Origin: Hydrolagus colliei
Lineage: Eukaryota
Assembly: GCA_035084275.1 (NCBI GenBank)
Contig: CM068763.1
Location: 9,734,001 to 9,798,000 of the forward strand
Length of the DNA stretch: 64,000 nucleotides
Reading direction: 5' to 3'
Under the pieces are notes generated by a model, which saw only the letters and a program-made list of their open reading frames with translations, made no database searches and was not told where the DNA came from. How positions within the stretch are numbered: position 1 is the first letter of the stretch; the number at the start of each line of letters is the position of its first letter. Shown one piece after another: positions 49,528 through 63,693 of this stretch. The translations under genes were made by a program, and so were the position numbers.

Positions 49528-49806
49528 GCAGCCACAGCTGAACAATGCACACAGCGGGGGCGCTTAATGAAAGGCCTGATTTAGATCAGAAATAGGTCAC
49601 TGAGTGAAGATTTTAACAGAAACATTGCGTGGATCACTGCTGGGGTCCAACCTCACGTATTGCTTGAGCGGAGGCCTTTGAGGGGAGTTCTGATTATGCA
49701 TCCTGTGGCTGAACCCAAGCAAAACATTCGAGTGGCCCGCCACTCACACCACACTTCAAATTCTTTGTTCCCGCCCCGTCCATTCCGCTGAGCTAACCTT
49801 ACTTAC

Positions 49807-49880
49807 TGTAACTGCCGTAGAACCTCAACCGTGCTCTTGCCTCCGACGCAGTTCAGGGCGAGCCGAGGTCTTGGGACTTC
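49807..49880 (-). CDS. MECR: MECR exon 7
   Basis: Acceptor aaagcag|GAA; EVPRPRLALNCVGGKSTVEVLRQL; donor CA|GTAAGT; 74 nt. Confidence 0.96.
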
Positions 49881-52800
49881 CTGCTTTCAAAACAGACGAG
49901 GACGTGCAATGTTAGGAAGAAATAAGCACCTGTCAGTTCAACAGAGAAAGAGAGAGCACCGAGAAGAGAGATTTTCTGCGGAGGTGGTGGGGTGGGGGTG
50001 GGGGAGATGGATTAAATAAAAATGTGAACAAAAAGCGGAGAGAAAGTGGCTTTTTCCTTTGAAGCACTTTGTGTCTGTGTGGCCATTACTCTAAATCCTT
50101 CCCCGATTCTCCTAATGCAATTTTGACAAATGTTTCTGTGAAAAATGTTAAGATTTCCTTTCCCACCTTGAAAAGCTGAAATGATGGGAGCACGGTCAAA
50201 TGGCGTGCTAATAGAGTCATTTTGTTCGGTGAATGGTACTGTGGATTCTTCAGCTAACAATAATTTGCAAATGGCAATCTGGGCTTTCTACACCAAATCC
50301 ATTATCTATAACTGTTAAACTCAACAATCTGTTACAAATTGCTGTCTCAATGAAAGCAATGTCCTTTTTCAAGGTTTATTACACACACACACACACACCC
50401 CAAGAAGAAGAGTTGCTTCCTGGAGACAGGCTGACGGACTTTGGCTGAAATGTCATCTCTGAGTTTTATATTTTTTTAAAACATAAAATGACTTAGAATT
50501 GTTCATTTTTTTAAATCTGATTTTTTTTTTTTAAATGCCCGCCATCTATGGAATCCTTCATCAATCCTCTAAAACTGCACAGTCCCATTTCATTTTATTT
50601 GGCCATTATTTTTCTTTTATTATAATACACTGGAACCAGACACTGATGCTTTTTCTTGTTAAGAGAAAAATTATTTCCCTCCTCTTCTCCCGGCAGCCAA
50701 CCGCTCTCTGATGGCTTGTTCTAGCAGCCAGTGTTTTGGGAGTCTTTGAACAGCACGTTTCAGGTGTTATTCGACCATAAAAGGGTTGGTCTAAATTTAA
50801 CCTTCACACACAGGGACACAACCACACAGGTTTCTGCGAAGCATCCCTAGATGGTGTTCAGGAAGATTAATGTTGATCTGTCTTTCCCCTTTCTAAGCCT
50901 GGGTCACTAGTACAGACTAAAAACCCCAAAACTCTGCCCTGGTCGAGAGCGAGTAGATCAGGAATCAAACCTATGACCTGGTCTGTCTGTGTTAGTGCCG
51001 TACATTATCATCAGATTAACAGATGAGCCAACACACACATTTCACCGTAATTTGTCTATTTTTTTGTTAAAAAAAAGCTAAAATCCATTATACCAATGTT
51101 ACTATTTTCTTTTTGTTTGCTTTTTGTGTTGTAACAGGGCAGCAATGAAAAGTGCACAGAACAAAATAAAAAAAATTTTGCCAGCAAAAAGCATTCAGGT
51201 ATTTCAAACAAATTTAACTTTGATTATGACTATTCAGTGATAATAACAGGAGCACAAAGTACAGTACTTTCTTTTCTAAACTTTAACACTCCCCAGGGAA
51301 GTGCAGCATATCAGATAAACACAACCCTAACATGCCTTTTCATTTATTCATGTCATTGCATGACAGCTCATAGCATGCACAGTAGACATCCTTTCAGATC
51401 TGTACATCTGTGATAGCAACCACATGTATAGATTGAAAGCTGTTTAGGAAATTCGGTGCTCAAAAAGTCAAGGTCCAATGATTTTCGATTTAATGATACT
51501 GATATACTGGCTGTTGCGCTTCTGAGGAATGGGCCATCCATGAAAAGTAGCAAGTCAGGTGAATGGAAGGTGGTGGTGGCAGGTAAAGGAAATAGATTTG
51601 CTTGATGAGCTTTGGGGAATCAAGGGGATGGATTCTGAAAACATTTTGCTCCTCATATTACATTGGTGGGTTAGACTGTATCTGGTCAGATGAGCTAATT
51701 AAGCTTTCAGCATTCCACATTTTCTGAAGATTACATCATGTGGATACTATCTCCTATTATATTTGCCACCGAAACACAAATTCACATCAGCAGTCGTAAT
51801 GGGGTACGCAATAAAACTAAGTAGCTGAGTTTAAGATAACCTGAGGAATAAAGACGTCGCTTAATATTCAATGGAATGGCCGACGAATTAAGAGCAAAGG
51901 TTATTTCATCCATAAATGATAATAGGGATATTGAACACCTTCATAAATATTATAAATCTATCAGACAATTTCCACCAAAGTCACCATGTTACTCTGAACA
52001 GTGGACACCAACAAACACACCGTGTGCAAGAGCGGGAAGGCTCTTGGAGATGACAACTTGCTAGTTTTTTTCGTTCAAGTTGCACCTTCAGACCACTAAA
52101 GCACCTAGTGTTTGATCCCTTCCTTCCCACCAATTGGGTTTCCCAGTCCCAGAAGCTAATCACTCACTGTGTTCCTATAGTGTACAGAGGCATTATACTG
52201 ACAACGCGAACAGTAAAGATCGTCGTTGCAGGATTTGCAATAATGATTTATCCACTCATTTCCACATCTGCTCAAGCAAATCCTTGTTGGGCCCTGGAGT
52301 GTTCCATATTAGTACACGTTATGCACATCTACATTACATTGAAAGCTGATGGACAACACGACACTTGTGAATCTTGTTATCCAAGGTCATTCAGCATTGT
52401 AAAACTCAACGAACCTCACTTCACAGCCTTTTACCTTGTAAATGGTACAACTCACTGATTCTTTTGGTCAATTTGAGCGGTTCTTGGGTATCTTCTGTTG
52501 CTGTAGAGCTTAAATAAGCATTATAAATATGTTCAGTACTACAATCGGGCTTTGCAAGTGTAATCCTGCCCTGTAACAGACCTCTAATACTTGTGAGTAT
52601 TTTAAAGCAATGTTTGTGCAGGAAAAGATGGAAATTTGATTATTGCAAGTTTTTGCAACACCCAACCTCCAAATAGACTTTCCAACGCAAGATTCCTCCT
52701 CCCTGCAGCCACATGGTATCAAAATCAAGACCTTGCATGTCGGGAGGACGTACCGGGGTGCTGACAGTGCATAATGCGTTCCCCATCAGCTTCTGAATTA

Positions 52801-53030
52801 AAGGTAACCAACAACAACTTGGATTTATATATGGCCCTCCATGTCAGACGGTGTCTCAGAGTGCTTAGAATAACCAATCTATCTAATACAACACTAGATT
52901 TCTGTTATAAGAGAACAGGCGACAAAAGAGACTAAGATCAATCTAGGTAGCAAGATCCGATCGTTGGAATAATTATTGAATGCACAACGATCGATCTATT
53001 CTTGAATGCCTTGCCAAATCGAGCAGTTAC

Positions 53031-53133
53031 CTTAAATATCTCTTTCATCGCAGGCTTCCTAAGTGCCTCTTCAGTGACCACATAGTTGGCTCCCATTGAC
53101 TGAAGTCGGTCTGTCAGCTTCTGCAAGTCAGGT
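53031..53133 (-). CDS. MECR: MECR exon 6
   Basis: Acceptor tttgcag|A; [35 protein letters not shown]; donor AAG|GTAACT; 103 nt. Confidence 0.96.
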
Positions 53134-55569
53134 CTGCAAAGAAACATCAGGAAGATCTATAAAGGTTTAGGAATTACATTATTAAAGCTTTCAGTATTGT
53201 CATGCTCCCTGGTTAGAGATTCAATAAGATGCCACTTTCTCTATCATCTTAAGACATTTGAGTGAAAATCTCCCCATGTTGCTCTTGTTTCCATCTAAGG
53301 AAAGACAGCACTGAACAATACCTCCTTAGAGGAGCTCAGCGATGAAAAAACAAGAAAACCTCATTGTGAAGAGAAGCCTTATTTCTGTCAGAAATGTCAC
53401 AGGTACTGTGAAATGAGACTCACTTTGTGATATTTCCTTTCATTCAAAAACATTAGTTAGGAGGAAGCATGCATGTGGAAATGCACTAATCACAATGCAT
53501 TTGAGCAACATGACACACACTGAGCACAGCAGGCTGCACCACTGGGCTCGACACTTAGGTGTATAATCTAGGGCCCGGCAATGAAAATAGTAGGGCGGCG
53601 ATGGGGGAGAAGGACGCAGAGAAAGAGACAAGAGAGAAGAGTTATTCTTGGTGCCATTACTGAGCCAAGTTAAAAGTGACAGGAATGGAGTTCTGCTTTT
53701 CTGAGAACCACGATGGCGTGAAAAGGATGGGGATCATAAGCAAAATTTCCTGTGACAAACTTACAACTTTAGTTAACGTTATCTCAGCACTCGAAAATAC
53801 CCAAAGTACCCGAATATCTCGGTGTCCAAAGGGGCGCACACACCGTCTTTTAATAATTGCCTGGGAGCGTTTCAAGGATTTGATCGATTCTGCCAAGACA
53901 AGTGTGAACAATAATAAAAGATTCCCGAAAAAAAATCTTTGTCCCCCCACTCCCCCACCACCTACCCAGACTCTGAAAAATGTAACACATACTTATTTAT
54001 TTGCCTACGTTCCCTTCACTGAATCCCTGAAAGATGAGTGGCACATCTACAGTATTTGAAAGCCTTCACCAAATCGGTGGAGAAGTCAAATGCAAAACAT
54101 CCCCAAGGTCTGCCTTCAAGTCAAGGAACAGTCACATTACAGTAGCGAAGTAGAGGACATCAGTTGCTGGGAGCTTCTGACAGGGCTTGAACACACTCCA
54201 GGATATCAGTTGTTTATGGAATCCCAACCTCAAAGCGCAAGAAGCTTAAACATGCCCATTTAAAGCTGACTGTATTATCAACCCGACCCAACATTCTTTG
54301 TTGTTATTACACACAGATGGTTTAAAATATTTAATCTCTCTAATCTTACATTCCTACTAACCAGCCATTACAGCCACTTCTTGATACGAAATAGCTTCAA
54401 ACAAGAGTCCTAGAAAGAGCGTTCTTTTACAAGGTTATGGTGCAAAAAATCTGGCTTATAAACAACCTTATTTGCCTAAAACACAACATATTCTGCACAG
54501 TTTATAAGTAATGAAGGTAAATATCTAATAACTGTGCATATTGTGTTCGGGCTATCATTTCAAAGACTATGATCCTAACACCAAAAAACAATGTGATGGA
54601 GAATAATGCCCCACCCCACAGTTAACGATAGGTCCTCTCTATACCCATTAGTCATTTTAAGGAATTCGACATTTGGTGTAATGTTCCTGCAAAAAGTTGT
54701 AGAGATGTGTACTGCATTATGTACATGAATGGACAGAGTAGATATCTAACTAAGGCACAATAGAATTTAGGCTTGGTGACCTACCTAGTTAGACAAATTG
54801 AGTGCAAGTTTGTTAACGATGTCTCGCCAACCTCCGAGAACATTATCCTAATGGACTTTATAGAATTATACAATATAACACATGATGGAAGACATGGTCG
54901 TTTCTCAGAAATTATACCTATTATTCAGTCCACAAAGCAGTTGAAAGTAGTCTCCAGCTGACTATAATGCTTTCTGTCTTTAGCAATTCAAGTAACACAT
55001 AAGGAAAGATTAAAGCATTATTACGCTCGATGACAATAATTTTTTTTTAAACAAAAGAAAAAGGAATCTAAAATATTCTGAAGCCTACTTACATTGTGAT
55101 ATTTTTCCTACTGAGAAGACGTGGCACATGATGCCTGGCAATATTTCAGATGTATAGAAATCGTATTGTAACCAAGCGAATGAGAGACTCATTGTGTTAC
55201 AGCAAAACATCCATTTTCTGTCAACGCAATTAGAAGTTTGGTAGACTCATCATTTTCTCTTTAAAATTATTTTCCTGCAGGGACACAGTTTGAAGACATT
55301 GGCTAGCACATTGTTGTTTCGCCCGTGGGATATTGGGTTCAATTAAAGCCTAGACTATTGGCATTGAAGTCTCCTCTCACTCACAAACCTGTACGTGCAA
55401 AGAGCACTGATATTTTCGTCTCAGGAGTTCACAGCACAAGTTGCCTAGTACTCATTGTAATCTCACCAGACAGACAACAAAGGATGGCCAACTTGGTATT
55501 GGCATTGTTATTGACATTGATGTAGCAGTGGGTAGCCTACACCTGGGTTTACACCACATTGTTAGAACC

Positions 55570-55830
55570 ACAGGAATAAAAAATAGGCTATACAGCCACT
55601 CTAGCCTATAATAATAATTATTATAATATACTTAATATTAATATAATTATTATATACTCTAGCCTGTTCTTCCATTTTATAAGATCATGGCTGATCAGTA
55701 ATCTTAAATCAAGCTGCCCATCCTTGCTCCATATCCCTTAATATCATGACCAACCGAATATCTATCTGCTTCCTGTTGCTGTATGGGAGAAGCATTTATC
55801 TTGCGTCTAACTTGTGGTCAAGGAGTTCTT
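55570..55830 (-). mobile_element. CR1-clade LINE 3' fragment with AT-rich insertion
   Basis: AGATCATGGCTGATC...CCATATCCCTTAAT is the reverse complement of the tail seen at 37522-37630. Confidence 0.65.
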
Positions 55831-57061
55831 CAATGAACTTGACGTGTGATCAAAATGTGAAAGTATTCCATTCCTCAGCACCAATGGCGATGGCTACCAA
55901 TTGGAGAGAAAGCTGGCATTTTATAGTGAACCACATTATCAAACTGAGCATCCAAAACGGACGGGGATGAATGGCGGTAGACACTCGAATGAGAGGGTAT
56001 CCGTATCCATCCATTGAAAAGAATTAATGCAAAAGCGGTGATGAAGATGTCTGTTAAAAAGCAGTTGAATGTAACGGCAAATAAAAGTCTGTGGAGATTG
56101 ATAGGGCTGCTTCGCAAAAACGTGGTAATCGGGCAAACACACTTCACTTTTTGTGCTGATCGTAAGTGGGATATTTTGTCACGGTGCAAACCCAATAGAT
56201 TTGGGACTTGTGACCATGCAAATAGGAAAGCTTGACTTTTGCTGACATCTAAAAATAACGATGTGTCTGATCAGAGGACAAGCAATGGATATCATGCAAC
56301 CAAACTTAATGAAGTCGCAAATTGACGTTTATGCTTACATGAATCAAAACTCTTCCGAGAGTCCCCTAATAGTCCGATGGAAATTCAAGCATTCATTTAT
56401 TAAGGTGAAAGATAGATTCAATTACAGAATGTTGGGAGGCAAACCAATCAATGCACCACAGACCTCATTCAGCTGGTCTATTTCTGGAAAGATCCCTGTG
56501 GACAATTGGAGGAAATCACCCACTAAGCCTGCTCAAAGTGTAACAGTTTTTTTTACAGAAACTGACGTGATAAATCACTTCATCTGAACATGCAAGCTGG
56601 ACACACGCTGGTTCGAAGTGTTGCTGTTTTCAAATTATTCCTGAATCAAATCAGAGAAAAATTTCTGAAGGTTAGCGAAAAACAACAAGCCATGCCCCCG
56701 AGGTACAAGATCAAAATTAGTCAGTAAGGACACCGCTCAGTGAGGCACACAACACTAATCACAGCAGGAGGTCTGCAGTTTTGCACACGCTGAACAGTTG
56801 ATTTGAACCCAACAACAATAACAAGTTATGATTGTATAGCGGCTTTCATGTCTGGGGTGCGTTCCAAGGTGCTTCACAAGGGCAGTGACTTGAAGGACAA
56901 CTGATCTCCATTCTAATCTGCTCCTAGATTAGAGAAGGTAATATCAACCAAGGTTCCCACTCTTCCCTGCTATCCAGAGAATCACCCCTTGGCAGGTGTA
57001 AGTCTATGAGCCCAGCCCTTCCAAAGGAGGTGCATGCAAATAAAACGTTCTGTACACTCAC

Positions 57062-57164
57062 CTGTCTCTGATAACATTAATGGTCTTGAGCCCCATGGCA
57101 TTGGCTATCTGAATTACTGCTTGGCCCACAGCACTGTTTGCGGCATTTTGTATCACAGAGTCAC
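57062..57164 (-). CDS. MECR: MECR exon 5
   Basis: Acceptor ttttgtag|GT; [34 protein letters not shown] (NADPH-binding Rossmann segment); donor AG|GTGAGT; 103 nt. Confidence 0.96.
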
Positions 57165-57954
57165 CTACAAAACATTAACCTGGTTGTTACAGAAATATGG
57201 ACAGTTCGTACATCAACAACAAATTACATTTGAGTAGCACCTTTCATGTCACGAGGGGAGGTGTCCGAAACATTCTTTCCCAACGATTGGATGTACACCC
57301 AATAGCTGCAGATTCAGAATTGAATGCAACATTGCATATCAACTTCTGCTTACGTGTCAGAATCTTGTCCAATTTAGTTTCCCTAAAATTAGCTAGCTAG
57401 TTGAGCAACCAATCTAGTAGCTGACCAAAGCATACGCATGCTCAAGCTACGTGCTAAAATCCACACAGCTTTCTGAATCCATTAACAATCTCCACACTGT
57501 GAGACATGACATATTTCAACGGGTATTTTCCAGGTGAAGACTGAAGCAGGCTTTTATTGACACACTGAGAATCTTTATATGATAAAAACAAGTAGGGCTG
57601 TGCTCTGAACTGCAATCATCTATCTTGACTAATGGACTGATGCTAGACGTCTTTCCGCTCTGAGTGGAACCAAGCAGGGAGTCCATTACCCTCATTACAT
57701 GTTCTGCTTGCTGTGGAGCCATTTGTTCAGGCAATCAGCCTCTGTCTGTTGATACAAGAAGTAACTGTGGTGGGGGAGGGAGCCATGAATCACGGATTGT
57801 ACTTTTATGGCTATATAAAATCTGCATTACAAGTGCTGTAGATAATACTATTCCCTGTTAATAATGCCTGCCTGGGGTGAGGTAACATAACACCTGAGTT
57901 ATTGTATAGAGTCTCATAGCGAAGTGGTTATTATTTGATTGGCGGATGGCTTTC

Positions 57955-58160
57955 TGGGAGTATTAATCTCTCACCCCCAAATAATGTGGTCGCTCAATCC
58001 ATGACTGTTTGTGGAACACTGCTGTAAACAAATCGCTGCCACGATTTGCCCACAAAATTTGCCCACAATCCACTTACAATATATTCTGTGAAGCGGTTTG
58101 AGATGTCCCAGCGACATTATAAGGTGCAAGATCAGATGCAAGGACTATCATTATTATTGT
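57955..58160 (+). mobile_element. Diverged SINE core and tail
   Basis: CTCAATCCATGACTGTTTGTGG...ATATTCTGTGAAGCG...ATGCAAGGACTATCATTATT. Confidence 0.7.
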
Positions 58161-58361
58161 AGCTAGAGAGAAGTTACTACGTTTAAAAGAGGAGAGAGGG
58201 AGGATGGCAATGTTAAAGCATGGGACAGTGGTCAGCTGAATTAAGGGAGCAGTTTTGGATCAGTTTGATGGTTCATAGGGATTCCTTCAAGCACAAAAAC
58301 ACTAGTCAACAATACTGATAAACTAGACAAGGAGAGAAGGGAGCTGGGAATAGGAACTCCA

Positions 58362-58625
58362 TGTCCTTGCACCACCCTACCTCTGCAATCTTCTATCCCC
58401 CTTCTAACCTATCCGCTCCCTCTGCTCATTGAGCTCCGGCCTGCTCTATGTGCCCTGACCCGCCCACCCCACCACCGGCAGGCGAGCTGTCAGCCACTCT
58501 GCCCCCAACCTTTGGAATTCCATCCCGCAATCCCTCTGCCTTGCACCCTCCCTGCCCTCCTCGAAGTCCTGCCTCAAAACACTCCTCTTCTACCATGCCA
58601 TCGATCACCCCCTTCCCCTCCCTTT
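58362..58625 (+). mobile_element. L2-clade LINE 3' fragment
   Basis: Similar to the copy at 26630-27030. Confidence 0.75.
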
Positions 58626-61600
58626 CCCCTTGCTTACAAGGCTTGGAAAACCTGCATGAAAATAAAATCAAAGGTAGCACAAAAGTGCACAGATGGCTTA
58701 CCTAACCCCAATACACCTATAGAGGGTGAGATTAATGTGCGAAGCAGTGTACTAATGCTGAGGCAGCAAAAGGCACAGATGTTTGGGGATCCCCCAATCC
58801 TGAGGAAGTGCTGGGATATTGAGTAAACTGATACAGTATAATGCCAGAGACAGCTCTCTATACAGCATGAGAAGACAATGATACAATCAGTCCAGTAATG
58901 GAATACAATACTGGAAACAGCTTGAATGGAGAAGATTGCCCTTCAGAACCCAGTGTAATAGAGTTGATGTGTGTGAAGCTGTTTGGCAGTGAACAAAGGA
59001 AGCTTGATTGGGGTCTGGGATGGATCTGACGGAAATCAATCAAAGGTTAATATAAGTAAAGCAGTAAGGGGAGAAAATAAGACAGAAGAAATAAATTAGA
59101 TAATGTGCTTTACAGAATGATCGATGGCAAATGACTGAGAGCAAGGTACACATTACATTCTGCAAGTTGTAATTTTGTAAAATTAAGATTTGAATATTGT
59201 GGCTTGTGGCTGCGTGAGTTCGGAGGAGGATTATTTTCTTGGTCTAAAACTCACATAAAAATACCCGCTCCCCACCACCGAAAATGTTTTTGAATGAAAA
59301 CAAGAAGGTTTGTCCTGAAACTTTCGCAGAAGTCAAACTGATTTAAAAAAAAAACCTAACTCTACCACAAAACCAAAGCATCCTTTTATTGTTGGTCTCC
59401 TATGCATTTTAACCTTTATTGGTTTTGGCAAAGGGACAAACGGTTAAACTGTAATTTATCCTTTTTCAACCATCACCAGATTCAGTCTCTACAACAAAAT
59501 TAATTTGCACACATATAGTGCTCTCCACACATGGTAATGTCTCCGAGTGCTTAAAAGGGTAAGTGGAGAGTCTCTGGAGGGTAATTGGGAGCTTCACAAG
59601 CACAGGAAGGTGGATTGAATGTTTTAGCCGCTGTGATAGTTATTTATTGAAGCCTCAGATTAAAAAACATGTGTGGAACCATGCTGCTAAAATATTTTAA
59701 ATGGACAGCACTTACGTCAGGTGGATTACTGGCTGCTGTAATGGTGCTTAATTGCATGAAAAGAAGTTCCCCGCTTACCTCAGCATGTTGTCTATATCCA
59801 GAATGCGCACACAGACACAATCATCTTGGTTTGAACATGTACGGTCAGCCATTGGCAGCACACTGTGCTGAATTTTGCAATCCGTCCCTCAAAAACTTCA
59901 AAACTTATAATATAAAACAGTAAACTTAACTTCCTAACCGATCAAATGCCGCAGCTTCAATGCCCAAATAGCTATATCTTGCAAAGGCTCGACCGTCCAA
60001 ATATAAAGAGCGAGAGAGAGAGAGAATAAAAGTAGCACAACTTTAACCAGATGATCATAATTCTTTCTCAATGCCTCATAATTTAACTCAATGCCTCTGC
60101 CTTACCCACTCTCTCACCTTTTTCAATTGCTGCCTGAAAACCTTCCTCTTCGACCATGCTTATGGCACCTCCAGTTCATCCCCCCTCCCCACCCACCTTA
60201 CCCCACCCCAGGCGGTTCTCTGCCACTGTTAAGTACCCTGAGACGTTACCTTGCCTGGAGGGCACTGTGTAAGTGCAAGTTATTGTTATTATTGTTGAGG
60301 CATTAAAAATGTCTACTTTCTATTCGGAGTGTGCACTGACCATTATCTCGAACAGAATTCAAAGCCTGCTGTATTTAGTTAAAAATTCTGATTACCAGTT
60401 ATTTGGGAAACGTGTGAAAAATGACCTGATTAAATCATTTGCGAAAGACCAATTAAGGTGATCTATTTTGTTCCTCGGTATGTTATAGATTTTTGAGGGA
60501 AACTAATTATGTAGTTAGCAATTCTGGACAGTGGAGAAAGTTTTTTTTTTAAAAAAGTGATGGACAACAAAAGGCTCTTGGGTCACCAAGACTATTCCTT
60601 CCAATCGACCAAAGTACACCATTACCAACTTAATTTACTTCCAGTGAGGTGAATTCTCACAGGTAACATGTCTAAGATGATAAAGCTCTGCAAAACTTCT
60701 ACCCAAACCCTGCAGGTAATCAAGCAAAAACTCTAAGAAATCAATTCCATGTTATAATCTCCATTACTCAACTCTGACTAGTGAGATTTCACGCGTTAAA
60801 ATTCCCAAGATCTCAGCAGGTTTGGGACTATAAGAGTTCGGCCTGAAAGCTATTCAGACACCTCGGATCAATCTGTACTAGCTACAAACTGTTTAGAACT
60901 ACTATATAAAATAATCTTCTGCATCTCAGCCAGTTGAACAGAATGTATTAATACACGAATGCATCTTGAATACAAATTGTGATTGATAAATAGAGACACA
61001 TATTTGTAATTTTTGGAAAATAAAAGGGTTCGTAACTTAGTAGACCATCAGTGCATCTGGCCTTTCCACCCACTTCCCATAAAATCCCTTCAATATATCT
61101 AATGCTAAATCTTATAACCCAGAACCCTTTTACTGTACTTGGGAGAAACTGGTCTACTTGCTTTTCATAACCTTTTGTAATTCCTTATTCTCCCAATGTG
61201 CCCATCACTGTCTCGCCTGCATTTCCTACTCTGTTTTGTGTTGGAATATTATACAACAAAAGATTCCCAGAAGCAAAAAAATACACCTAAATGTAAAAGT
61301 TTGGGGAAAAAAACATTGGGAATTTTTGGATGGATGGAAAGCTGAAAGGTGTGTAACAAATCCTGGGGGCTGCATGCCTGAGGTGTTCCACATATATATG
61401 CTCACCCCAATAACTAGGGATTGTTATGAGATTTTCATCACCCTAGAAGTCCCTTGAATGACTAATTTTGAGTTATGAATGAGTTGAAGGACATTATCCC
61501 CTATGGAGAAGCTTATACATCATACAAAAGGTCAAGACAATGAAAGGACTGAGTTTTAAAAGCCATCGGCATTTGGTTTAGAGAAGATTAAAGTGGCTCT

Positions 61601-63549
61601 CTGATCTCTTTACACAAGATTGTTTAATAAGACCCTTCATTCAGTTTGGCATTAATGGTGATTCACTGCTCATTCTTACACTGAGTATTCTCACATCTGA
61701 TCCCACTCCAATTGTTCATCCCCCGTTTCCCACGCGGTTTCTCAATCTGGTTCTCGAGCTACAGTTTCTCACTGGCTGTGTGATGCTTGACATTGCTCTA
61801 GTCTCCTGATTCCTCAGGTTCAGTCTTTGGTCTTGTATCCACAAGATCCTGAGCAAGGGAAATCACTGAGGCTCTGACAGTGAGAAATTGAGAGACAAGA
61901 GAATCAGTCTGCAGCCAGTAGCAAGAAACCACAGGAGGAATTAAACCCAAGAAAACCGAGTATAAATCACTGAACAAGTAGCTTAAGAAACCAATTCAAT
62001 TATCTGAACACGGTGTATTGTGTGAAACATGCTCTACAATTCCTGGAAGCAGTTACACGATGATCATATACAGCCAATTCAACAGGTTCAATTCACTGAT
62101 GCATTGCGCTTCCAAACACTCTGTGAACACAATGTATAATGATTTATCAAAAACGTGCACGTTTCTGAAAAAATAAATACAAGGCTATTCTTCCGCTATC
62201 CCCTACACCTGTGCCAGCAATTGAGTGTTTCCGACTCAGGAAATCAGTCTTTGTAAGTAATGTTAACATATTTTGCAATCTTTAATTTTTGGTTTCTTAA
62301 AAGTATTTAAAAATAAATATTTATATAAATATATGTTTATATATACTGAATATAGATATATATAAAATATAAATGCTACAATGCCACAACAACCTGAGTA
62401 TGAGAAATTGTCTTGCAGAAAATCAAACAAAAAACAAGCCATCTTGGCAAACTGATTGCTTACTCAAAGTGAAATCTCTTAGGCGCTTTGTAGACTCATA
62501 ACATCTCTTTTAATCAGTCTAATTTTCCAGTCCCCCTAATGACCCCGTGGCTCATTACCTTCATTGGTGAATTTTAATCTTCTTTTAAATTACGCACAGC
62601 CCCTGTAATTTTTCAAACGTAAACACCTTGAGGAAGCAGCCACATCCTAATCCATTCCTTTTGGATTAGTTGTACATTCTAAAAATATGCTTAAATATCC
62701 AACCTGAATATTTATCGCATGCCCTACCTGTCTCGGTCAGGATTTCAGCCTGTCTGCCCCTGTTCGTTGGAACTCCATCCTGGAGTTCATCTGACTCACT
62801 TCCTCAATCACTTTATTTAAGGCCTGTCTTAAGACCTAAGAGACCTACGTCTTTGACTGTGATTTTAGTTATCTGTCCCCTCCCCCACCCCAGCTTGAAT
62901 GCCGAGCCATCATTGTTAAATGCCTTGAAGCATTGTCCCCACGTGAAAGGCATTATATCAGTAATTTTGTATTATATTTGTATTATAGACAAAAATCTAG
63001 CTAGTTTGGGAAACCTGCATCATGTAGACTCCCTTCTTTCAAGCAGCCCGGGACTCTACCCTATGTAAGATAAGCCATAAAAATGCAAATTGTTCTTGTT
63101 ATATACTCCACTCTTTACAGCTCAATACACCTCAGTTAGAGGCCTTCCAGGATCAAACCAAAAAACTAAACCCTTGCCCGCAACTGCTCATATCAGCACT
63201 GCTAGACATCACGCTAGACTAACCTCCTCCACTCCCATGAATTTATTCTGTGTGCTTGAACTAAGAACCTCTCCTCTTGTAAGCATTTCTCCTCAACCGA
63301 GGAATGACTCTGATAATAATAATCCTTGCATCTGATCCTATCACACCTGAACAGGTAGCACTATCAAAATCTACAATGCATCCCTAAATGTTTGTGCCTG
63401 CTAGCATTGTTAATACATCAGGTATCACCATGAAAAGTGCATGAACTTTGATAGATTCGATAAGGAAAGGATAGAAGCCTCTCAGATCTTTATAGGGTGC
63501 TCAGTTACCATACTTGAATGATATCTCATAAATGAATGGTGGTACGTAC

Positions 63550-63693
63550 CAGGCTCCAGGGACTCAAAGTCACTCAGCATTCTGTAGGCAGTACATGGGT
63601 TGACAGCTAAGGTGGCAGCACACAGAAGAGGCACATCAATGGGGACTTTAACAAAGGCACTCGCATTGCCCACTGCCTCCGTCGCCCAGGTTC
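63550..63693 (-). CDS. MECR: MECR (mitochondrial trans-2-enoyl-ACP/CoA reductase) exon 4 by human numbering; upstream exons outside the window
   Basis: Acceptor ggtacag|GA; [48 protein letters not shown]; donor G|GTACGT; 144 nt. Confidence 0.96.
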
